From contig NC_057737.1 of the NCBI RefSeq assembly GCF_004010195.1, positions 16,022,950 to 16,086,949 of the forward strand: a stretch of 64,000 nucleotides of DNA, in the 5' to 3' direction. The DNA comes from Chiloscyllium plagiosum. Its lineage: Eukaryota. This document shows positions 38,560 through 50,144 of this stretch, piece after piece (positions within the stretch are counted from its first letter, which is position 1; the number at the start of each line of letters is the position of its first letter). The position numbers and the translations under genes were made by a program. Under the pieces are notes generated by a model. That model was given only the letters and a program-made list of their open reading frames with translations. It searched no databases and had not been told where the DNA came from.

Positions 38560-40107
38560 ATATAGTGGATCCAGTATATAGGCAAGAAATTTACTGTTGT
38601 ACCCCATTTATGCATGAGACAGTCTGTGCCACGTGTGTCTGAGAATTTGTGCCACTGCAAATCTAATCAGGGCTTCTTTTTATAGATAATCATGGGAGCT
38701 ACTTAAAAAGGAGCAGAGGCCATAGGTTCAAGGACTTGTAACACTGGTCAGAGCATACTCTGTGCATGTGGCAATCCTGTTACAAACCAACAGGCAGTTC
38801 CTATGGGGACCACTTGACGCTCTGGGGAGGTGTGGAGAAGTATATTTTCTTTCAGTTTTCCTTCTGTTGGGCCAAGGGGAAGTGGAAGTAGAAAGTGTGT
38901 TCCTTCTGGTTGTGCAACACTATTCAGATGTGTGCCAGCCAAGCACCCCCACCTCCAGCACTCCCACTCCTCTAGTCTGTACCTCCACGCTGGGTCCATG
39001 CTGAGTGGCTCAGAGACAAACAGCTCACAATTCGTCGGGCTAATGAAGGGGAGGCCCCAGAGGCACAGATAACACACCCCAAATACTGCAATGACACCTA
39101 GGCAACATGTGGTTAAATTTCAATGATTTGGGGACTATTACGATAATATCTCGGAGGTTTATTACATTCTTTTGACAGAATGATATCCCTGCACTCGTAA
39201 TGCAGAAGGCTGAGGTAATGTTCTGGAGAAAGAATCGTCTCAGATGACTGAAACTGAAAAGAAGCAGATCAGACAAACCAACAGACTGGATAGGAATGGA
39301 AACTTTCTCGTGATTTTGATGAACTGTAAAGTGATGGTGTTAAGAAGCAGATGCCATTTTGCAGAGTATTTTAAAATCTTACAAGCTACGTGACATGTAG
39401 ATAACTGTTTTATTTTGACGTCTTCGAGTAACAAACTTCTGTTGTATTGTTAAAACCAAGTCTGCAGCCTCATGTGTTTATGTTTCAATGAAAGCCCACC
39501 TAGTTACAAAACAGACAAAACATGTTAAGTCAAACCAGATTTCATTCTAGAATCTGACTTGTCCAGCAAGTACATCAGCTGAGATCGTAACAGCAGGGAT
39601 GTAACAACTGAATTATCTCTGCCTCTAAAGCGGATGAGGGAGAACCACCAGCAACAACTTACGTTTATGTAGCCCCTTTAATGCAGTAAAATTATCTAAA
39701 TACTTCACAACAGGCAGAAACCTAGAAGGACAATACTGCCTGCACTTGATGTTGTGGCCCTGTCAGAATGCAGAAAAAACAAATATTTTGAAAATTAAAC
39801 GGATTACATTTGAGACCAATTACTCAGCATTTGCAAAGAAACCTTGCAATAAAGTTTCGCAGCAGCGGAGTAACGTTTTTTTTTACCATTTATGCTTTTA
39901 TATTATATTCAATGTAAACTACTCAAGCACTGAGATGGTTCCATACTGCTACAAAAACATGATCAAAAGCTACTGATTTGTTTCTTGAATAACTGTATCA
40001 AGGATTCCTTGGAAATTCACTGCCAAAGTCGCAGTTTCAAAGGTCAGATAGCCTTCGTTTTCCTCAGTTAACCTATGCTCAGATCTAAATTAGAAAGCAG
40101 AACAGAG

Positions 40108-40246
40108 AGTTTCAGAATACCAGGTGATAATACCAGGTTTCCACATATGCACATGTACGGTGCTGCTTTATGCAAACACCATTAAGGGGATCTCATTATA
40201 GTATTGTAAAACAGTGCAGAACAGTCTGAAATGACGCCTTCAAGTT
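40108..40246 (+). repeat. 139-bp segment duplicated at 41816-41954
   Basis: Direct copies with 4 mismatches. Confidence 0.95.
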
Positions 40247-40299
40247 TGTTCACTCCTCTACTCTCTCACCTAAACCGCATATCGTTTTCCTCATTTAAG

Positions 40300-42005
40300 T
40301 TTTTTTTCCATTCGTTTTTGTTCATATGTAGGATGTGGGCATCATAGTGTGGACCTACATTTATCGCTCATCCCTAATTTCCTTTGCAAAGTTCATGGTC
40401 AACTACCTTCATGAACCACAACAGGTCTTACAGTTAAAGGACACCCACAAATCTGTTAGAAAGGGAGTCCCAGGACTTTGACCCAGTGACAGTGAAGTAA
40501 CAGCAGTAATGTTCTCTGTCAGGATGTTGTGTGGCTTGGAGGGGAACCTGCAGGCAGTGGTTTGCATGCACCTGCACCTCTTGTCCTCCAAGATGGTAGG
40601 GGTCACAGGTTTGGAAGATGCTTGGTTGAAAGAGCCTTGATGAGTTGCTATGGTGCATCTTGTAGATTGTACACATTGCTGTCACAGTGGTGCAGGGAGT
40701 GAATGTTGAGAGAGGTGGCAATCAGTTGGGGTGCTAATCAAGTAAGCTGCTTTGTCCTGAATGGAGTCAAGCTTTGTGAGTGTTGTTGGAGCTGCCCCCA
40801 CCCAGGCAAGTGGGAAGTATTCCATCACACTCCTGAATTGTGCCTTTAAGATGGTGGTTAGGCTTTGCAGAGTAAGGATGTGGGACACTCATCTGAGAAT
40901 TCTTAGCCTCTGACCTGCTATTGTAGCTGCATTATTTACATGGTGGGTCCAGTTCAGTTTCTAGTCAATAGTAACCCCTACAATGTTGATGCTGGTGGGG
41001 AAGGTTCAATGATGATGAAACCATTTATTAACCAGGGCAGATGGTTAGGTACCCTTGTGGGTGATGGTTATTACCTGGCATTTGTGTGGCGTGAATGTTA
41101 CTTGCCACTTGTCAGCCCAAGTCTGAAATATTGTGCAGTTCTTGCTGCATTTGGACACAGACAACTTCATTATTTAAGGAGTCATGAATAGTGCTGAACA
41201 TTGTGCAGTTATCAGCAAATATCCCCACTTCTCACCTTTTGATGGAGGGAAGGTCATTGAACCAGCTGAAGATGGTTGGGCCTAGGATACTGCCCTGAAG
41301 AACTCTTGCAGAGATGGCCTGGAGCTGAGATGACTGGCTTCCAGCAACCAAAACCATCTTCCTACATGCTAGGTATGACTCCATTCACCAGAGGGTTTGT
41401 CCCCTGATTCTCAAAGACAGTGCCATTCACTTCACCTCTGGAATTTAGCTCTTTTCTCCATGTTTGGACCAAGCCATAATGAGATCAAGAGTTTAGCAGT
41501 CCTAAAGGAACTGAAACTGAGCGATAGTGAGCAAATTATTCCTTTGTCAGTGCCCCTTGATAGCACTGTCAATGATTCCTTCCATTAGCTTACTGATGAC
41601 TGTTGGAGCATTAAATGGGTAGGTTGGATTTGTTCTGTTTTTTTGTGTAGGAGATAAATTTGGGCTGGATTTGACAATGTTGAATTGATGCCAATCTTGT
41701 AGCTGCACTGGAACTGCTGAGCTAGGGGAGCAGCAGGTTCTGATACACATGTCTTCAGTACCATTGCCAGAATGTTGTCAGTGCCCACAGTCTTTACAGT
41801 ATCCACTGTCTTCATAGTTTCAGAATGCCAGGTGATAATACCAGGTTTCCACAGATGCACATGTACGGTGCTGCTTTATGCAAGCACCATTAAGGGGATC
41901 TCATTATAGTATTGTAAAACAGTACAGAACAGTCTGAAATGACGCCTTCAAGTTCTTTGCTGTAATGTAAAGTGGTTTAATTTGGCTGAAGAGTTCATCT
42001 GAGAT
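40300..42005 (-). mobile_element. CR1/L2-group LINE (RT to 3' end)
   Basis: KAQFRSVMEYFPLAWVGAAPTTLTKLDSIQDKAAYLI; FADNCTMF; ISKLMEGIIDSAIKGH. Confidence 0.85.
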
Positions 42006-42356
42006 GTTGTGGTTCTGTTCGCCGAGTTGGGAATTTATGTTGCAGATGTTTCATCCCCTGTCTCGGTGACATCCTCAGTGCTTGGGAGCCTCCTGTGAAG
42101 CGCTTCTATGATCTTTCCTCCGGCATTTGTAGTGGTTTGAATCTGCCGCTTCCGGTTGTCAGTTCCAGCTGTCCGCTGCAGTGGTCGGTATATTGGGTCC
42201 AGGTCAATGTGCTTATTGATTGAGTCTGTGGATGAGTGCCATGCTTCTAGGAATTCCCTGGCTGTTCTATGTTTGGCTTGTCCTATAATAGTAGTGTTGT
42301 CCCAGTTGAATTCATGTTGCTTGTCATCTGCGTGTGTGGCTACTAAGGATAGCTGA
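42006..42356 (-). mobile_element. Penelope (Poseidon-type) 3' fragment
   Basis: QLSLVATHADDKQHEFNWDNTTIIGQAKHRTAREFLEAWHSSTDSINKHIDLDPIYRPL, C-terminal part of the GIY-YIG region. Confidence 0.88.
42042..42081 (-). ncRNA. Hammerhead ribozyme motif, fourth PLE family
   Basis: GCA-CUGAGGA-U-GUCACC-GAGACA-GGGGAU-GAAA-C-AUC-UGC: stem I GCA/UGC, intact core. Confidence 0.72.
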
Positions 42357-42824
42357 ATTCGACTGGGAATTTAATTATGTAATGTAAGGGAATTTAGTGT
42401 TGTGGGGATAAGGCAGGAAAGTGGAGCTGAGGATTATCAGAGCAGCCATGATCTCAATAATTGGTAAACAGACTTCTGCTCCTTATGAATGAGGAGTGCA
42501 GTAATTTGCTCTTGTCCCCCATTTTCATCAATACAACATGATGGCTGCCTGAGATAGAAATGAGTGATTTGCATGTTATCGTTTCATGGAAATATTAAGA
42601 TGGAAGTTGCATTGTTGAATACTGGGAACTTTGCATTCCCATGAAATCCCAGTGTCTACTATTAATCTAGTAATCTCAATGTTTTAAGTAGTGTGACTTA
42701 AAACTATTACTCAGTTTTTGAAAAGTGCAATAAAACAATTGACTGGGAAAAATAGAATAAAAAAGATCCCTCACGTAACACTAGGAGATCTTAAACTTAA
42801 TGCCAGACAGCCAGTGAATTACAG

Positions 42825-43043
42825 TCAAAAAGTATAGTGATGGAAAGCACAGCTGGTCAGGCAGCATCTGAGGGGCAAGGGCGTCGACATTTTGAGCACA
42901 CACTCTTCATCAGGAAGAACTGATGACCAGCTTATGCTTGAAATGTCAACATTCCTCCTGACCTGCTGCCTGACCTGCTGAGCTTTTCCAGTACCACACC
43001 TTTTGACTCTGATCTCCAGCATCTGCAGTCCTCACTTTCTCCT
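42825..43043. mobile_element. Palindromic Penelope pLTR insertion with back-to-back hammerhead-like cores
   Basis: 16-bp TSD agccagtgaattacag (42809-42824, 43044-43059); ...cttcatcag gaagaa ctgatga... Confidence 0.88.
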
Positions 43044-43139
43044 AGCCAGTGAATTACAGGTTTTCTATCATCAGAAATTAATTATTTTGTGACATTTTTT
43101 TATTCTTTGAATATACTACACACAATATGCATTCTGATT

Positions 43140-43705
43140 GATTGATTTACTGTTGTCACATGTACCAAAATACAGGGAAAAGTGTTGTTATGCTTGCTAT
43201 ACAGGCTGATGGTGCCATATAAGATGCGTCAGGATAGAGGAGCAGCGTGCAAAATGCAAAGTTACAGCTGCAAAGAAGGTGCAGGGAGAGAAAGAGATCA
43301 TAATTAACATTTGAGAGGCCTGTTCAAAAGTCTGATAACAGTGGGGAAGAAGCTGTTCTTGAATCTATTCGTATGGGGATTTAAAATTTTATATCCTCTG
43401 GCCAACGGAAGAGGGTAGAAGAGAGTATAACCGGGTTGAGAGGCGTCTTTGACTATGTTGGTTGCTTTCCCAAGGTACCTGGAAGTAAAGATTGAGTCAA
43501 TGGATGGAAGGCTGGTTTGCATGATGGACAGAGATGTGTTCATGACTCTCTGTAGTTTCTTGTGGCCTTAGAAGAGCAGTTATCATACCATCCGGATAGA
43601 ATGCTTTCTGTGGTGCATCTATGAAATTTGGTAAGAGTCCTCATGGACGTGCCGAATTTTGTTAGCGTCTTGAGGAAGTAGAGATATTGTTGTGCTTCCT
43701 TGCAT
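43140..43705 (-). mobile_element. Rex1/Babar LINE 3' fragment
   Basis: LPSIDSIFTSRYLGKATNIVKDASQPGYTLFYPLP...TNRFKNSFFPTVIRLLN. Confidence 0.85.
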
Positions 43706-43979
43706 TCTATTATTTAAATTGTCACACATCTAAAGTGTGAATTAAAACAATATGCTACCTGAAAAAAAACCGTCAGCTTGATTGCCTCCTGTTGATTATG
43801 TTGAAAAATGTGTTTCCAAAACTGGTGCCACACAATATATCATACATTTAGTGATGGTGTCATCAATATAGCCACAAAACAAAGGCAAAGCTAATCCTAT
43901 CAATGTTCGTTGTGCTCAAAGCCAAAATTGGAAGTGCCCAATTTGCTATTGAGGTGGGTTCAGCAAAGTCAAGCCTTGT

Positions 43980-44090
43980 GTATCACCTGATGTATACGTC
44001 ATACGTCATACTTCAAATGCAATCTCATATTGTGAGATCGATTGAGAGCGTGGTAGTTGGTGTTTACGTGGCTTCAAAATGGCGGTACCA
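43980..44090 (+). promoter_or_regulatory. CpG-enriched promoter / 5'UTR
   Basis: Tandem CRE half-sites tacgtcatacgtca, tttacgtgg, and YY1-type motif CAAAATGGCGG overlapping the ATG at 44079. Confidence 0.65.
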
Positions 44091-44111
44091 TACTTTGAAG
44101 TTACTACTGAG
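44079..44111 (+). CDS. Unknown gene, coding exon 1 (MAVPYFEVTTE)
   Basis: Strong Kozak aaaATGG; donor GAG|gtttgt; phase 0. Confidence 0.65.
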
Positions 44112-46904
44112 GTTTGTAATTGAAAATATTTTACAACATTTTCGGCGATTGCAACTTGTTAAGTTTGCTCTGTGAATTTTTTGCTGTTTAGTGCATGACG
44201 GGCAGGATTGAGGACTTCAAAATGAAGATAAATGCTTTGCTTTGGTAACATGCAACTGATAATTAAACTTGATAAAAATGAATAATTCTATTTATGACAT
44301 TTTTTATGTAATGACTAAGGTAACAGAGGTGTGTGTCATGTATTAGTAATCATTTGAAAATGTATAGGTCAATTTTTTGTGGTCTCCTGAACAGATTTCC
44401 TTTTGTGTATTTCATTTCATTAGATATCACGAAGTTCTCATGCTATAAAAGTTAATTAGGAGATTTGAATACTTTGTGGTAAAGAGCATTTAAAATTAAG
44501 CTCGTGCATTGATGTTTCATGATCGAGAGAGGATTGCCTTCACAGTTCTTATTTCTTATCAGCCAAAGGATCTACACAAAGCGGCTGTTAGCACACAGTG
44601 GTCATTGTCAGCAGACCAGGTCGTGAAATTAACAAGCTATATAACTCCTTTCACACTTGCTTTATACTTCTCTATCAAAATGTGCACTATGGTTTTTTGA
44701 AAAATCTTTGTTAATTAAATGTTCACTGTTATGGAGGATTCAGTCGAATCTAACTTTTTGTCAATAGTGGGCTATTTGTATTTCAAAGAATGTTGGATGA
44801 TTTGATGTTTTGCTTCAATTTTGAGATTCAGACATAAAGTGAATGTTTTGACTTCAGCTGTCAAACATCTTCGAAATAGAGAGCTTGTCATCTAGTGTTT
44901 TCTGAGACCAATGTTCAGTGGGATCTTAAGAATAGAATGAGTTTTCCAATCTTGTGCATCTGTCAAGAATCTGCAGTTTTAAAAAAGCATCTTTTTTGGA
45001 ATGCTGCAGAATAAAAGTTGTAAGTTGCATTTCGTTCATTTCCAATGGAATCATTTGATCAGTTTTAGTCATGAGATGTGGTTTAATCAGATACAGAAGG
45101 ATTGCGTAAGTAGAGAAACAATTAATTTTCCAGTGTTTGAACAAATTTATCCAGTGAGCAGTTGGCACATAAAAGTTACGAAGGTCTATGTTTTAATCCC
45201 TAGGGTGTGTTGCATGAGTTAATCTCAACTAGAGACAGGAATGTTACAACTAGGATCATAGCTATTAGATTAGAAAGGGAGAAACATGTCCCACTTTCAA
45301 TTACTATTGAGTAATACATGGAAGCAGAAGGGAACCTTTCTCAATAACAGTGTAAGGAAAAGACTTTTAATTGTGTTAACGTCTGTCAAGTGGAAGGCTC
45401 CTTCCTGTGGAACTATATACATGAGTCCTTGCGTTATTGAAATCTATAGGTATATCTGTCCTCCAAGAAAAGTACATGCAGGGTTGTTGAATCTTGATGG
45501 ACAATTTCAGCATTTCTTGCCTAGCGATCTTAAATTTAAAAACCCATCTACTGTCATCCTGTCTGGCTTGCTTGTGACTTCAAATGCCCAGCAGTGTCAC
45601 CACACTCGGACATGACACAGAATGCCAGTCAGTGCATGGGCAATGGAGGATGGGGAGCATTATCAATAATGCCCAGATCCCATGAATTAACTATTTAAAA
45701 AAATAAGCAAACTACTGCAAATGCTGGAAATCTGGAAAAAAAACCCCAGAAAATGTTGGAAATATTTGGCAGGTCAGGTAGCTCATCTGGAGACATAGAT
45801 AGAGTTAATGTTCTAGGTCAATGACCTTTCATTAGAATTCCATAATCTTTTATATAGTATTATTTTGACCTGATAAAATGCAGGATTTTGGTTCAGTCAA
45901 GGGCTTTTTAAAATCAAGTTGATATGATGCAGTAAGAATCAAAATCTATGAAAGGGGAATCTAAAATAAATCAAGGTGTGCCTGCTAGAATGTGTGTGAG
46001 TCAAACTGAAATATGATATTTAGGGGAGAGCACCTACATATTTTCAGTTTAATTAGCACTTTTGGTGTAACTGCTTTACCATGAAATTCAGCATGGTTAT
46101 CATCACAGAGGTAGACAAATTTAAATTTGGCAGGGAACACTATTTTTATTTCAGAGCTGGTTAGATCACGCTTGTGCAATATGCCAGTCGATTGAGCATA
46201 TATTGTTGACTCATGCTTGAACTACTTTTAGCATCAAGGAGAAAGTTTGCAAGTTTGTTTCTTATAAGGAAAGATAAATTGGGGGGAATCCATTATGTTT
46301 AATCTGATTTACTGCGACACTTTAGGCATAACAAACATTCATACCCCACTAAACATATATGCAGCTGCAAATGTGACCTGCAGAAATGATAGTTCTAGTT
46401 AGAAAAAGAGATCTGATTATATGTAGATGCTTAGGTGTGGTATTTTGTTCACATTGCTATCAGAATTAGATCCGTTTATTTAATAATAATTATAATAGAA
46501 TTTGAATTCAGTTGGCAAAGTAGAACTCACTGCTCTCCCATTTCTCATTAAAATTCAGAATTGAATCTTCAGAATTGGTTGTATAAGTATTTAACATAAT
46601 TATATCATGTTTCCCATTTTAATAACAGGCAGAGTGGAAACAGTAAACTGAGGAATCTCAAATTACTGAGTGAAGTATCATTGTGCCAATGTTATTAATT
46701 CCCAGGTTTAGACACTGGGCAACATTGTTGAAGACTGTTGCATAAGTGCAATTAATGTCCTCGGACCGAGGTGATTTTTATTACTTTCATCCATTTATTC
46801 TTTGGGAATGGATCATATTACTGTTGTGAACTATTTTTTATTGAACATTTGTGAGGAAGATGAGCACAGTGACGAATGTTCCTTATAGAATAGTTTTACT
46901 ACAG

Positions 46905-47030
46905 ATTCCCAAAGAGCAAGTTAACTCTGGTAAATTCCATAACTTTAACAGGAATGTTGCCAATCAATGCCGGAAAATGCTGTTGCACATTTTTCCGGAG
47001 CATTACCAAAACCCAACAGTAATCAGGCAA
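46905..47030 (+). CDS. Unknown gene, exon 2 (IPKEQVNSGKFHNFNRNVANQCRKMLLHIFPEHYQNPTVIRQ)
   Basis: Acceptor ttttactacag|, donor CAA|gtgagc; 126 nt, phase 0-0, open frame. Confidence 0.65.
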
Positions 47031-47072
47031 GTGAGCCCAATTTGTCAAGGATCTGTAAGAATAGTGCAAGGT

Positions 47073-48730
47073 ACAGAGGATTACTAAGAAGGAAATATGC
47101 ACAACAGAGGATTACTAAGAAGGAAATATGCAGAGAAAAAATGAGGTACGAAGGTAAACTGGACAAAAATATAAAGGAGGATAGTAAAAGCTTTTTTTGG
47201 TATGTGAAAGGCAAAAAAATGGTTAAGACTAAAATTGGGCCTTGAAGACAGACACAGGGGAATATATTACGGGGAACAAAGAAATGGCAGAAGAATTGAA
47301 TTGGTACTTCAGATCTGTGTTCACTGGGGAAGACACAAGCAATCTCCCTGAGGTAACAGTGGCTGAAGGACCTGAACTGAAGGGAATTTATATTTGCCAG
47401 GAATTGGTGTTGGAGAGACTGTTAGGTCTGAAGGTTGATAAGTCCCCGGGGCCTGATGGTCTACATCCCAGGGTACTGAAGGAGATGGCTCGAGAAATCG
47501 TGGATGCGTTAATGATTATTTTCCAGAGTTCGATAGATTCAGGATCAGTTCCTGCGGATTGGAGGATGGCTAATGTTGTACCACTTTTTAAGAAAGGTGG
47601 GAGAGCGAAAGCAGGAAATTATAGACCAGTTAGTCTGACCTCAGTGGTGGGAAAGATGCTGGAGTCTATTATAAAGGATGAAATTACGACACATCTGAGT
47701 AGTAGTAATAGGATAGATCAGAGTCAGCATGGATTTATGAAGGGAAAATCATGCTTGACTAATCTTCTGCTTTTTACAATCTATCTTCATGATATACAAG
47801 ATGGTATTAGCAATAACATTCGCAAATTTCATCAGCTGGGTGGCAGGGTGAAATGTGATGAGGATGTTAGGAGATTACAGGGTGACCTGGACAGGTTAGA
47901 TGAGTGGTCAGATGCAGTTTAATGTGGATAAATGTATGGTTATCCACTTTGGTGGCCAGAACAGGAAGGCAGATTACTACCTCAATTGAATCAATTTAGG
48001 TAAAGGGGCAGTACAGAGAGATATTGGTGTTCTTGTACACCAGTCAATGAAGGTAAGCATGCATGTACAGCAGGTAGTGAAGAAGGCTAATAGCATGCTG
48101 GCCTTCATAACAAGAGGGATTGAGTATAGAAGCAAAGAGGTTCTTCTGCAGCTGTACAGGGCCCTGGTGAGACCACACCTGGAGTATTGTGTGCAGTTCT
48201 GGTCTCCATATTTGAGGAAAGACATTCTGGCTATGGAGGGAGTGCAGCGTAGGTTCACGAGGTCAATTCCTGGAATGGCGGGACTACCTTACGCTGAAAG
48301 ACTGGAGCGACTGGGCTTGTGTTCCCTTGAGTTTAGAAGACTGAGAGGGGATCTGATTGAGACATATAAGATTATTAAAGGATTGGACACTCTGAAGGCA
48401 GGAAACATGTTTCCGCTGATGGGTGAGTGCCGAACCATAGGACACAACTTAAAAATATGGGGTAGACCATTTAGGACAGAGATGAGGAGAAACTTCTTCA
48501 CTCAGAGAGTGGTGGCTGTGTGGAATGCTCTGCCCCAGAGGGCAGTGGAGGCCCAGTCTCTGGATTCATTTAAGAAAGTGTTGGATAGAGCTCTCAAAGA
48601 AAGTGGAATCAAGGGTTATGGAGATAAGGCAGGAACAGGATACTGATTAAGGATGATCAGCCATGATCATATTGAATGGTGGTGCAGGCTCGAAGGGCAG
48701 AATGGCCTATTGTCTATTTTCCCTGTTTAT
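47073..48730 (+). mobile_element. Relatively young CR1 LINE with an internal RT deletion
   Basis: KSPGPDGLHPRVLKE, GNYRPVSLTSVVGKMLE, QHGFMKGKSCLTNLL fused directly to LFTIY, RPHLEYCVQFWSPY. Confidence 0.95.
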
Positions 48731-49039
48731 GTACAATTACATGATTAATCCCTTTATCGTGGATGTGGTTAGAATCTTGTTGCACAAAGTACAGTGCCAT
48801 ATGCCAATTAGTGTTCTCTCTAATTTTTATCCTTTCTGTGCGCACTTCTGTGTTTGTGTGTGGTACATCAAAGCAGAGTGGAAGTCATCATAGCAGAGGG
48901 AACATTGTTGATGATGTTAAGTATGGAGTAATCCAACAAACATAGTTGATCCATCAAATTTATCTCAGTCAATGGCACATAGACTCTCAGACTTTGCCTG
49001 AAAGGTGCTGTGAGTTCCCATTAGACATTGTTTACTTAC

Positions 49040-49472
49040 ACTTTAGTAAAGGCTTTGACAAGGTTCTGCATGGTAAATTAAAAATTGAAGTTTGAGAAAG
49101 TGAGGACTGCAGATGCTGGAGATCAGAGTCAAGAATGTGTGGTGCTGGAAAAGCACAGCAGGTCAGGCAGCATCCGAGGAGCAGGAGAATCGATGTTTCA
49201 GGCAGGAGCCCTTCATCAGAATTATTGAAGTTTGATCGTATGGGATTCGGGATGAGCTTGACAACTGGATACAAAATTGGCTTAACAGCAGGAGACAGAG
49301 GGTGGTAGTGGAGGGTTATTTTTTTGGACAGGAGAAGTTCACAAGTAAGAACTTATTGGGGTGATATGGGCCAAGCAGAGGCAGGTGGGACTCGTTTAGT
49401 TTGGGATTACGGTCAACGTGGACTAGTTGAACCAAAGGGTCTGTTTCCATGCTATATGACTTCATGACTCTA
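49040..49472 (+). mobile_element. CR1 fragments with a Penelope pLTR inserted at 49096-49223
   Basis: FSKGFDKVLHGKL; 12-bp TSD attgaagtttga (49084-49095, 49224-49235). Confidence 0.85.
49192..49219 (-). ncRNA. Minimal hammerhead ribozyme motif
   Basis: Reverse complement CUGAUGA-A-GGGC-UCCU-GCCU-GAAA-C-AUC. Confidence 0.7.
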
Positions 49473-50144
49473 TGGTATTACATCGTGCTCATGTCCAACT
49501 CTCTAATCTGGGCTGTCAGAGACCAGCTTTAAAAATTGTACAAATTGTGTTATGGATCTTATCTTGATCAGTATTAGCAAGTCAGCACATTTTCAATATT
49601 GTTCCGCACTGTATTCTCCAGCCGATACATTAATATGTGATGTAACTGATAGTCATGGTGTCACTTAAACATTTGAATGTTTCAGTGGTCTTAAGAAAAG
49701 GAAGTTATTTTATTGAACCTGCTTTGGGGATTCCCACTATGAAGGACCAAACATCTGAAAAGATCTGAAAGCCATTTCATGTGTGTGTAAATGTGTTAAA
49801 TTGCCTGGCTTCCTTGTACCCACACCAAATAAAATCAGGTCAATAATCCTTTTAATGACAAATAAAGAACATAAAATGACAAACGTAGATCAGACCATCA
49901 GTACTTTTTCTTGAAAATCAGTTTTATTTTCACTGATATCAAATACCTACAATGCACACAGTCAATTTTATTGTTAATTAGTTTTTAATCATTCTCATTA
50001 AAATTGAGATTTAAAGTGGTTCAACAGCACCATATCATGAACTAACTTTTTTCCCTAAAAACAAAGACAAGTTGCTGAAAAAAATTATTCACTTAAATTT
50101 TGCAAGCTTATGTTTCTGAAGAAATTGAAATGGAGTTGATGGAG

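Noticed and set aside
40108-41954. 139-bp repeat as a giant LINE target-site duplication
   Set aside because: The LINE appears to continue beyond the second copy, and ~55 bp separate the first copy from the LINE tail
44079-46925. Resemblance of PYFEVTTEIPKEQV to the MIF/DDT N-terminus
   Set aside because: Similarity covers ~14 residues only; the proline is not at position 2 and the rest of the sequence and exon structure do not match
47242-48646. 226-aa and 199-aa ORFs as host genes
   Set aside because: CR1 ORF2 fragments with a deletion and frameshifts
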